A DNA stretch of 64,000 nt from Leptospiraceae bacterium (lineage in GTDB: Bacteria; Spirochaetota; Leptospiria; Leptospirales; Leptonemataceae), in NCBI GenBank assembly GCA_040217195.1, contig JAVJNR010000004.1, positions 480,001-544,000 on the forward strand, written 5' to 3'. A program made the position numbers and the translations under genes. Under the pieces are notes generated by a model that saw only the letters and a program-made list of their open reading frames with translations, had not been told where the DNA came from and searched no databases. Positions 9,969 to 17,750 of the stretch are shown here, piece after piece; the first letter of the stretch is position 1; each line of letters opens with the position of its first letter.

Positions 9969-11569
9969 AGTGTTTCGGTTACTTCTTCGGTGGGAGCTGT
10001 AAAGGAACGATTGATGGCATCTATATAAGCTCGGGCCGAGGCTTCCACAATATCGGTACTGGTTGCTTTGCCGGCAAAGCTTCTACCAGCAATCTTCAGC
10101 AGGACGCTGGCCACGGCCTGGGCATCCCTTCCTTCGCTCAATGGTTGAATGCGAAACCGATCCACTTTGATTTCCAATCCTGTGAGTCGTTCCAGTACAT
10201 TGTAGATTGCATCCACCGGTCCATCGCCGCAGGCAGCATCTGTAATGGCCCGGGGTTCCTCTGGTTTTTCATGATCGATTAGTTTGACAGTAGCTGTAGG
10301 TACTGTGCCGCTCCCTGCGGAGACATGAAGACTTCCCAGTTCGTAGCGCTGAAATTCCTGCTCGGCCTGCGTATCATTCACGAGAGACAGTATGTCTTCA
10401 TCGTAAACTTCCTTTTTCTTATCTGCCAGATCCAGAAAGCGATTCCAGACCTGCTGAAACTCCTCTTCTTCAAGCACATAACCCAGACGGACCAATCGGT
10501 CTTTAAATGCATGTCTTCCGCTATGACGGCCAAGCACCATTCGGTTGCTTTCCAGGCCCACGGATTCTGGAGTCATGATTTCGTAGGTCAGTCGATTCTT
10601 CAGCACACCATCCTGGTGTATTCCACTCTCATGTGCGAAAGCATTGTCACCAACAATGGCTTTATTGGGCTGAACGCTCATTCCAGTAACCTGGCGGATC
10701 AGCCGACTGGAACGGATAATTTCCTCTGTATGGATATTCGTGTGTAGCCCGTAGAATTCACCACGAGTACGTAGCGCCATAGCCACCTCTTCCATGGCCG
10801 TGTTGCCGGCCCTTTCGCCAATGCCATTAATCGTACATTCGATTTGCCTGGCACCATTCTTAACAGCCGCAAGACTATTCGCAGTGGCCATGCCCAGATC
10901 ATTATGACAGTGAGCACTGAATCGAATGTTTTGTGAATCCGGAACATGTTTAATCAGATGAGCGAAAAGTGCTCCGTATTCTTCGGGCGTGGTATATCCA
11001 ACTGTATCGGGAATATTTATGGTAGTGGCTCCTGCCTCCACGACCCTGGAAACAAGCTCTACAAGAAAATCCCATTCACTTCTTGTGGCATCTTCCGGTG
11101 AGAATTCCACATCTTCCACCAGATCTCGGGCCTGCTTCACTGCTTCAACAGCCAGCTCCAGCACTTCATGGGGCTCCTTTCCCAGCTTGTATTTCATATG
11201 AATAGGACTGGATGCCAGAAAGGTATGTATTCTTTTTCTACGAGCATCTTTCAAAGCGTCCGCAGCGATTTCAATATCCCGGGGCACAGCACGGGCCAAT
11301 GCTGCTATAATGGGGGATTCCAGTTCGCGCGCCACTCGCTGGACTGCTCGAAACTGCACCGGACTGGATACTGGAAACCCAGCCTCGATAACATCCACTC
11401 CCAGAGCTTCCAGGCGGTGAGCCACTTCCAGCTTTTGATCCTCGGTCATGGCAGCACCGGGACATTGCTCTCCGTCTCTTAGAGTCGTATCGAATATATA
11501 TACCAGCCCGGCATCGTTTTGCCGGGCGATGGAATTTTCCAATGTGCCCTGTGGTTCTGAGTTGCTCAT
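9965..11569 (-). CDS. leuA: 2-isopropylmalate synthase
   Basis: DTTLRDGEQ, HCHNDLG, GIGERAGN, HESGIHQDG, and a C-terminal regulatory domain (GDGPVDA). Confidence 0.93.
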   Translation of the reverse strand: MSNSEPQGTLENSIARQNDAGLVYIFDTTLRDGEQCPGAAMTEDQKLEVAHRLEALGVDVIEAGFPVSSPVQFRAVQRVARELESPIIAALARAVPRDIEIAADALKDARRKRIHTFLASSPIHMKYKLGKEPHEVLELAVEAVKQARDLVEDVEFSPEDATRSEWDFLVELVSRVVEAGATTINIPDTVGYTTPEEYGALFAHLIKHVPDSQNIRFSAHCHNDLGMATANSLAAVKNGARQIECTINGIGERAGNTAMEEVAMALRTRGEFYGLHTNIHTEEIIRSSRLIRQVTGMSVQPNKAIVGDNAFAHESGIHQDGVLKNRLTYEIMTPESVGLESNRMVLGRHSGRHAFKDRLVRLGYVLEEEEFQQVWNRFLDLADKKKEVYDEDILSLVNDTQAEQEFQRYELGSLHVSAGSGTVPTATVKLIDHEKPEEPRAITDAACGDGPVDAIYNVLERLTGLEIKVDRFRIQPLSEGRDAQAVASVLLKIAGRSFAGKATSTDIVEASARAYIDAINRSFTAPTEEVTETL

Positions 11570-11694
11570 CTCTAGGACAAATTAACGGCCGGTTTTCGCC
11601 TCGCAAAACCTTTTTTAGCCTGGAAATGGATCACAACGAGGTACTTAAGCATACATTTACTTGTCAAATATCCGCCATGGTACCCTGATTAGTC

Positions 11695-12429
11695 ATGGCC
11701 GATTCTACAGATCCATTTGAACGGTTTTCGGCCAATCTGTATCTCCAGGAATACTATGGCAGTATTGGAGAGGAGAATCAATTCATACTGGATTTTCTTC
11801 ATGAGACCTATGAATCCTGGAAGCCAGTTATTGTGCAGGATATTGGCGGCGGGCCTACCATCTACCAGCTTATCAGCGCTTCCAGAGTCTGCAGAGAAAT
11901 CGAAATCTTCGAATATCTGGAGGAAAACCGCCAGGCTGTGCAGAGCTGGCGTGAGCAATCTTCCGAAAGCTTCAACTGGACTGAATATTTCCAGGCTGTG
12001 GCCCTCAGGGAGAACCAGGCGACCGTGGATGTGGAAAATCGCCTGAGGCAGAAGATTCGTTCCGTGCAAACGATTGATCTGTTCGATCCTTCAGAATTGC
12101 CTCATACACCGGCCAGCGATGGACTCCCAAATGCAATTTCTTCGCATTTTTGTGTAGAATCCATTACCAGCGATGAAACTATGTTTTGCCGCGCCTGGGA
12201 CAATCTTACCTCACTGGTCCGAAAAGATGATTATTTGATTATGAGCCTGCTTAAGAATGCCCATCAATACCGGGCCGGCTCCTTTCATTTTCCCGCATTT
12301 CCTGTTGAAGAAATCTCCCTAAATGCTCGTCTTAAAGAAAAGGGCTTTCGAGAAATTACAATGCAAACCGTTCCTGCCGAACATGGACGGGACTACGAAG
12401 GTATAATCTGTGTCCGTGCAATTCGATAA
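11695..12429 (+). CDS. NNMT/PNMT/TEMT-family SAM-dependent small-molecule N-methyltransferase
   Basis: F...YLQEYY, DIGGGPTIYQLISA, N-x6-W, FNW, LRQKIRSV, FCVES, Y-x2-G-x3-F, collinear with animal NNMT (DIGSGPTIYQLLSA, FDW). Confidence 0.88.
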   Translation: MADSTDPFERFSANLYLQEYYGSIGEENQFILDFLHETYESWKPVIVQDIGGGPTIYQLISASRVCREIEIFEYLEENRQAVQSWREQSSESFNWTEYFQAVALRENQATVDVENRLRQKIRSVQTIDLFDPSELPHTPASDGLPNAISSHFCVESITSDETMFCRAWDNLTSLVRKDDYLIMSLLKNAHQYRAGSFHFPAFPVEEISLNARLKEKGFREITMQTVPAEHGRDYEGIICVRAIR

Positions 12430-13912
12430 ATCAGAATTCGAAGAAAGGCAAAGCAGGAAGCCAATTCTGGAAGCACTGCGGCGACATCATGATGAAGGGA
12501 TAGTTCCGTTTCATGTTCCGGGGCATAAGTATGGTGCAGGGAATCCATTGATGACCGAATATTTTGGTCATGCCATGCTTCAGTCAGATCTTAATGCCAT
12601 GAGCGATATTGATGATTTGGCCAATCCGGTAAGTGTTATTAAAGAAGCTCAGGACCTGACTGCGGAAGCCTTTGGAGCGGACCATGCATACTTCTTAATC
12701 AATGGAACCACTTCAGGAATTCATGCGATGATTCTGTCTGCCCTGGGACAGAGAGAGAGAATCATTGTTCCCAGAGATGGACATAAATCCATGTATTCTG
12801 CTTTAATCCTTTCTGGCGCCAGTCCTATCTTTATACCTCCGGCTATTCATCCGGAGTATGGATTTCCACTTCCTCCAGACCCAGCAGACATTGAGTCCAT
12901 TTTCTCCGAAGTAAATCAAATTCAATCCATAGAGATCAAGGGATTGTTTTTGATCAACCCTTCCTACTATGGTCTGGCCCCCAGGTTAGATACAATATCA
13001 TCCATTGCCAGCAGAGAGAATGTTGCCCTTCTGGTCGATGAAGCTCATGGTAGTCATTTCTATTTCCATCCTGATTTGCCCAGCACGGCCATGGAAGTAG
13101 GCGCATCTGCCAGCGCTTTAAGCATGCATAAGACCGGCGGCTCCCTTACCCAGGCATCGCTTCTACTGAGACAGGGAAATAGAATTAGCAATGATACAAT
13201 ACGAAACATACTGGATATTCTTCGCACTTCATCATCCTCCTATCTATTAATGAGCAGTCTCGATACGGCTCGCTCTCAGCTTGCCCTGGAAGGAGAATCT
13301 TTGCTGGAGAAAACTCTGGAGCTAAGCCGAAGAGCCAGAAAGGAGATCAACGAAATTCCAGGATTGATAGCTCCTGGAGTTGAGGAGTTGAAGCCGGATC
13401 AAAGAATTGGTGGCTTCGATGAAACCAGACTGACAATTTGCGTCAATGGACTTGGATTGAATGGCTTCGATGTTGAAAGGATTTTGCGAAGCGATTATCG
13501 TATTCAAATCGAAATGGCTGATTTCCACACCGTGGTTGCAATTGTTACTTTTGGAGATACCTGGCAGAGACTGGAAACTTTGATTCGTGCATTAAAAGAT
13601 CTGGCCGGTCGATCCTCGGGACGAAGCAAATTAACCAGGTTTCCGGACCATCCCGGTGTTCCTCCAAGAGTCATGAACCCGAGAGATGCCTTCTATTCTA
13701 GAAAAACGAGAGTGGACCTTGAACAATCTGATGGCAGTATTTGCGGAGAGATGATTATGGCTTATCCTCCAGGTATTCCGGTAATTTGTCCCGGGGAGGT
13801 TGTTACCCGGGAAATCATCGAGCATGTGCAGGCACTTAAAAAGGCCGGCGCTTCACTTCAGGGCATGGCCGATATTACCGCCAGTCGGGTCCAAATTGTA
13901 GAGGGCTCTTAA
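12410..13912 (+). CDS. PLP-dependent Orn/Lys/Arg decarboxylase (fold type I, SpeA/YaaO-like)
   Basis: PFHVPGHK, NGTTSG, VDEAHGSH, SMHKTGGSLTQ (PLP Lys), YPPGIPVICPGE. Overlaps the methyltransferase gene by 20 bp. Confidence 0.92.
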   Translation: MSVQFDKSEFEERQSRKPILEALRRHHDEGIVPFHVPGHKYGAGNPLMTEYFGHAMLQSDLNAMSDIDDLANPVSVIKEAQDLTAEAFGADHAYFLINGTTSGIHAMILSALGQRERIIVPRDGHKSMYSALILSGASPIFIPPAIHPEYGFPLPPDPADIESIFSEVNQIQSIEIKGLFLINPSYYGLAPRLDTISSIASRENVALLVDEAHGSHFYFHPDLPSTAMEVGASASALSMHKTGGSLTQASLLLRQGNRISNDTIRNILDILRTSSSSYLLMSSLDTARSQLALEGESLLEKTLELSRRARKEINEIPGLIAPGVEELKPDQRIGGFDETRLTICVNGLGLNGFDVERILRSDYRIQIEMADFHTVVAIVTFGDTWQRLETLIRALKDLAGRSSGRSKLTRFPDHPGVPPRVMNPRDAFYSRKTRVDLEQSDGSICGEMIMAYPPGIPVICPGEVVTREIIEHVQALKKAGASLQGMADITASRVQIVEGS

Positions 13913-14080
13913 GGCCTTCCAGTCAGGCCTGAGAGAATAAGGAACCCTAACTTCATTTCAGGCTGTTTCAGCGTAACAATTCCGGGCGAAATAAGATATT
14001 CAATGGAAGAAAAGGAAATCACTCGATGAAAAGATAGATTGAGAAATGGCGTTCTGATTGGCTACAAAGGCGGGATCGCA

Positions 14081-15913
14081 TCAGCTATCGTTGGATGCAA
14101 AGACAGGATCTTCATGGTCCGTGCGCGAGTACTTCTGACATCGTTCCAGATAAATCAGTGCCGCTCTATCTTCTGGCACCGCTTTATGAATGGCCATAAA
14201 GGTTTGCTCGGCTTCATCGAATCTCTTTTTATGGTATAACATTACTCCGTGCTCGAAATTCTCTTTCTGAGCGACCTTTCGCTCCACCAATTCCGGAGTA
14301 TCTCCATCCAGGACTTCATAGACCGGTACCGACTTGGTCTTTCCTTTTACTCTAACCTTACCCATGAACCGATAATTCACTTCCATGTCTTCCAGGGTCT
14401 GCCGTAGAGTAACTTCGCTGAGTATGATATGAGCACCCATTTTCTTGGTAAGACCTTCAAGCCTGCTGGCCAGATTCACAGCATCTGCGATGACAGTGCT
14501 TTCCATCCGTTCTTCTTCTCCGATGGTTCCCAGCATCAACACCCCGGTATGTAGACCCACACCAATATCGATGGGCATATATCCTTTCTCTTTTCTATAT
14601 ACATTGAAATCCAGAAGCTCCAGTCGCATATTGATGGCCGCTTCCACAGCACTTCTGGGAGTGTCTGGAAAAAGAGCCATGATCGCATCGCCAATGTATT
14701 TATCTATGAATCCGCGGGAATTTCGAATAACCGGTCCTACTCTTTTCAAATAGGAGTTCAGAAAGTTAAAGTTCTCCGAAGGTCTCAGAGATTCGGAAAT
14801 TGTAGTAAAGGAACGAATATCGGAAAAAAGAACCGTCATCTCTTTCTGGATTTGATCGCCCAGGCGAATATTCAATATACTTTCCTGACCCAGGTGCTGC
14901 AAAAACTCCCTGGGAACGAACCTGTAGTAGGAAGCGTTCAATGCTTGAAGATAATCTGAATAAGCACGAATCTCTTCAACCATGCTATTGAAAGTATCAG
15001 CCAGAACTCCCAATTCATCGTTGGTCTTAACATCTACCCTGGTTTCGTAATCTCGATCCTTTACTCGCAGTGCTCCATCCTGGAGTTTTCCGATGGGCCT
15101 GGACATTAGATTCGCAAGTATGTAAGAAAACACAAGAGAAAGAATCAGGGCCGCAACAACGCTAAAGACGCAAATGTAGAATAGTTCATTTACCTTGTTT
15201 ACTTCGCCGCTGGCATCGTAGTCCAGACCAAGGATTGCAATGGTTTCTCCAGTTTCATCCTTGATAGGCACAGCCGCTGAAAGCCACATCCCCCATCGGT
15301 CTGCCACGAAGTTCTCCTCCGCTGCAGGCTCTCCATTTATGGCTTTAATAAAGGATTGTTGTTTAACACCGTACAGGTTTCCAATTGGATTTTCCTCACC
15401 CTCGGTGTCGTAATCAGCATCAGCAAGAAATTTAAGGATTCGATGATCCGGACTATGCTTCACAGCTACGTACATGTACGCATATTTGATATTAGAATCC
15501 TGTACCTTGCCTTCCTGGGAAGGATCCACTCGTACGGTACTTTTCTTTATGGAACGAAGAATGGCAACCAGGCGCTGGAACTTCTTACCGTTCATCAGTT
15601 CCTGAGCTACTTCCGGACTGAGAGATTCTCGTGTATCTCCCTTGGCCACCTTCATGATTTCAGCCTTGGGACGAATATTCTTTTCTTTCAGGGTTTTTGA
15701 GAGATCCCGGATATAATCCAGGTCTTCCGGGGTCATGCTGTTAACAGAAGTTCGAGCGATGTCCATTAGACGACCGCCCATCACTTCCAGGATCATAGTT
15801 CTGGTACTGGTATAAATTAAATAAGCAGTCACACCCGTTGCAGTCACAGCCAGGGTGGAAACTACAAGCATCAGCTTCCAACGGAATGGAAACTTTCCGC
15901 GACCTGCTTTCAC
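14081..15913 (-). CDS. Membrane Cache-HAMP class III adenylate cyclase with C-terminal TPR-like helix pair
   Basis: Two TM segments flank a Cache-like domain (DRWGMWLSAAVPIKD), followed by HAMP (DELGVLADTFN), LFSDIRSFT, IDKYIGDAIM and STVIADAVNLASRLE. Confidence 0.93.
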   Translation of the reverse strand: MKAGRGKFPFRWKLMLVVSTLAVTATGVTAYLIYTSTRTMILEVMGGRLMDIARTSVNSMTPEDLDYIRDLSKTLKEKNIRPKAEIMKVAKGDTRESLSPEVAQELMNGKKFQRLVAILRSIKKSTVRVDPSQEGKVQDSNIKYAYMYVAVKHSPDHRILKFLADADYDTEGEENPIGNLYGVKQQSFIKAINGEPAAEENFVADRWGMWLSAAVPIKDETGETIAILGLDYDASGEVNKVNELFYICVFSVVAALILSLVFSYILANLMSRPIGKLQDGALRVKDRDYETRVDVKTNDELGVLADTFNSMVEEIRAYSDYLQALNASYYRFVPREFLQHLGQESILNIRLGDQIQKEMTVLFSDIRSFTTISESLRPSENFNFLNSYLKRVGPVIRNSRGFIDKYIGDAIMALFPDTPRSAVEAAINMRLELLDFNVYRKEKGYMPIDIGVGLHTGVLMLGTIGEEERMESTVIADAVNLASRLEGLTKKMGAHIILSEVTLRQTLEDMEVNYRFMGKVRVKGKTKSVPVYEVLDGDTPELVERKVAQKENFEHGVMLYHKKRFDEAEQTFMAIHKAVPEDRAALIYLERCQKYSRTDHEDPVFASNDS

Positions 15914-17364
15914 ACATGCCCCCGAATATAAAGCACTATGCCATCCTCGCCTGGCAATGTAATGGCCCGGATTTGCTCATGCGCGGATTTTGCTGATCCT
16001 CTTTCCATATGTCTTAAGGCCGTTTCAATGCGCTGACCAAAAGCTTCGGTCAGTGTATGAAATACCAGACCGCTTTCAGGAACAGAGCCAAACTCTTCTC
16101 TTACAGCTTCGGCTCCCTTGTGCTCTGAATCCAGCAGATACATTTTTCCATGTGCTGGATTGGGTTGCAATTCTACGGAAATGAGCTTTCGAATGGGAAA
16201 TATCTCAAAAGCAGAATTCAGCAAATCTCTGATTTCCTGTTTTTTCCGGATTCGACTGTCCACATAACGGCAAAGAGCGGATGCGATTAAATCATCTGGC
16301 TCGGAGGAATCGTGCACCCAGCCCATCATGAAGAAATGGCCGGATTCCAGGGGAATGTGCTGGTAAAAGTGTCCGGGATTCTGGGTTCTTAACGGGCCCA
16401 TTTCTGCCTGCATCCAGTCTTCGTCCAGGGATACCTTCTCATAGGCATTGCTACGAAACGTAGACATCAAATCGTCGGTATTTCGAAATTGCTCCTGTTC
16501 GATCAGTGTTTTTCTGATTCGATCCAGGGTATCATAGAGAAGACTGGTCATGGTCCGAAACGTATTACCCAGATCGTTAAACTCTTCAATCAATCCGCTA
16601 CGAATCCGCACATCGTAATCTCCCTCAGCGGCCCGACTGGCTGCCTCGGTTAGATTGCCCAGTGTGCGCGACAGAATGCTGGCCAGAAATAAAGCTATAA
16701 CTACACCGGCCAGAGCGGCAACCAGCACTCCAATGCCAATCTCTACAATGCTGGCACGCATTTCATTCTTGATCCATGAGCCATCGTACTGGACACCAAG
16801 AATGGCAAAGTCCTCACCCCGGGTATTCTTGAGGATGGCCAGAGCCCACAGATTCTCGGGCGAATTTAAGCTAACGTCAAAATCAGCAATATAAACCCCT
16901 TCGCCACGTAGCTCACCCATTACTCCCGTCTGTCGAGTCAATTCCGTAACCCTGGCGCCTATGTCTTCAAAGCCTTCCGGAGCATAGGAGAATGCTACTT
17001 TTCTGCTCTCCGGGTCTAGAATAACAACTCCGGGCGCACCGGCACTGGACGTTTCATCTGGCCAGAAAAACGTGGAGATAGCACTGGTAGTTACCTGTGG
17101 CTTCCGTAAGTCGAACAGTTGTTGAACCCGATTCAAATCTCGTCTCAACAGTTCCGGCTGAATAGAGGCCAGACCTGGAGCGCCGGAAAGACGCTCCCTT
17201 GCTTCCAGGAATTCTCGCAGGGCCACTGCAAACGTGCGAATCTGTTCTTTGCCGCCGGATTCCAGTGTGCTTGTATCAGCGGCCCATTTTAGACCACCAA
17301 TCAATAGACCGGCCACCAGAAATACAGGCACCAGGAATAGAAGATTCTGTCCGCGAATAGTCAA
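15910..17364 (-). CDS. Membrane HAMP sensor with a degenerate SpoIIE/PP2C-like C-terminal domain
   Basis: TM-periplasmic-TM-HAMP (EEFNDLGNTF). The tail has GHFYQ, MGWVH and EDGIVLYIR where PP2C has GDFYD, GDVSGH and DDxTLLVIR. Confidence 0.65.
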   Translation of the reverse strand: MTIRGQNLLFLVPVFLVAGLLIGGLKWAADTSTLESGGKEQIRTFAVALREFLEARERLSGAPGLASIQPELLRRDLNRVQQLFDLRKPQVTTSAISTFFWPDETSSAGAPGVVILDPESRKVAFSYAPEGFEDIGARVTELTRQTGVMGELRGEGVYIADFDVSLNSPENLWALAILKNTRGEDFAILGVQYDGSWIKNEMRASIVEIGIGVLVAALAGVVIALFLASILSRTLGNLTEAASRAAEGDYDVRIRSGLIEEFNDLGNTFRTMTSLLYDTLDRIRKTLIEQEQFRNTDDLMSTFRSNAYEKVSLDEDWMQAEMGPLRTQNPGHFYQHIPLESGHFFMMGWVHDSSEPDDLIASALCRYVDSRIRKKQEIRDLLNSAFEIFPIRKLISVELQPNPAHGKMYLLDSEHKGAEAVREEFGSVPESGLVFHTLTEAFGQRIETALRHMERGSAKSAHEQIRAITLPGEDGIVLYIRGHV

Positions 17365-17750
17365 GAGCGAACCTCCTGACGAGCCTGAAGAGCCACAATA
17401 CCTTGCGCTATTTCTGGTAATTCATACATGGTTCTAAAGAAATATCCCTTTTCTAGAAGCAAACAGGTAGCTCCTTTGTCGGCGGCATAGATGCTTTCGC
17501 CCAATTCATGGTCAAATAACAGGGACTGGATTCCAAGAATTAGACCAGGAGATTTTCCGGAAGCATCGCGAAAGCCACCATTGAGACAGATCAGTAGCCT
17601 CTTCATGCTACGACCTGCTTCCAGCACCAGCTCATTTGGCTCGTAACTTCGCACAATGCAAACCTCTGCAAGGGCTGCCAGTTCTCCTTCGCGCAACCGA
17701 GAAAAGGGAAAAATATGCTGTAATGCTATGATTCTATCTGCCAGATTCAC
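17361..17750 (-). CDS. Stand-alone cyclic-nucleotide-binding (CAP_ED) domain protein, degenerate
   Basis: DRIIALQHIFPFSRL...LAALAE...YEPNELVLEAG...G, ending YELPEIA. Lacks the GE...R phosphate-binding cassette. Confidence 0.75.
   Translation of the reverse strand: MNLADRIIALQHIFPFSRLREGELAALAEVCIVRSYEPNELVLEAGRSMKRLLICLNGGFRDASGKSPGLILGIQSLLFDHELGESIYAADKGATCLLLEKGYFFRTMYELPEIAQGIVALQARQEVRS

Noticed and set aside
9965..11569. Citramalate synthase CimA (leptospiral isoleucine pathway)
   Set aside because: HESGIHQDG, YEIMTPE and GRHSGRHA motifs fit canonical LeuA better; phylogeny would settle it.
11695..13912. Guanitoxin biosynthetic cluster
   Set aside because: Only a GntF-family methyltransferase is present; the hydroxylase, cyclodehydratase, aldolase, kinase and O-methyltransferase genes are absent.
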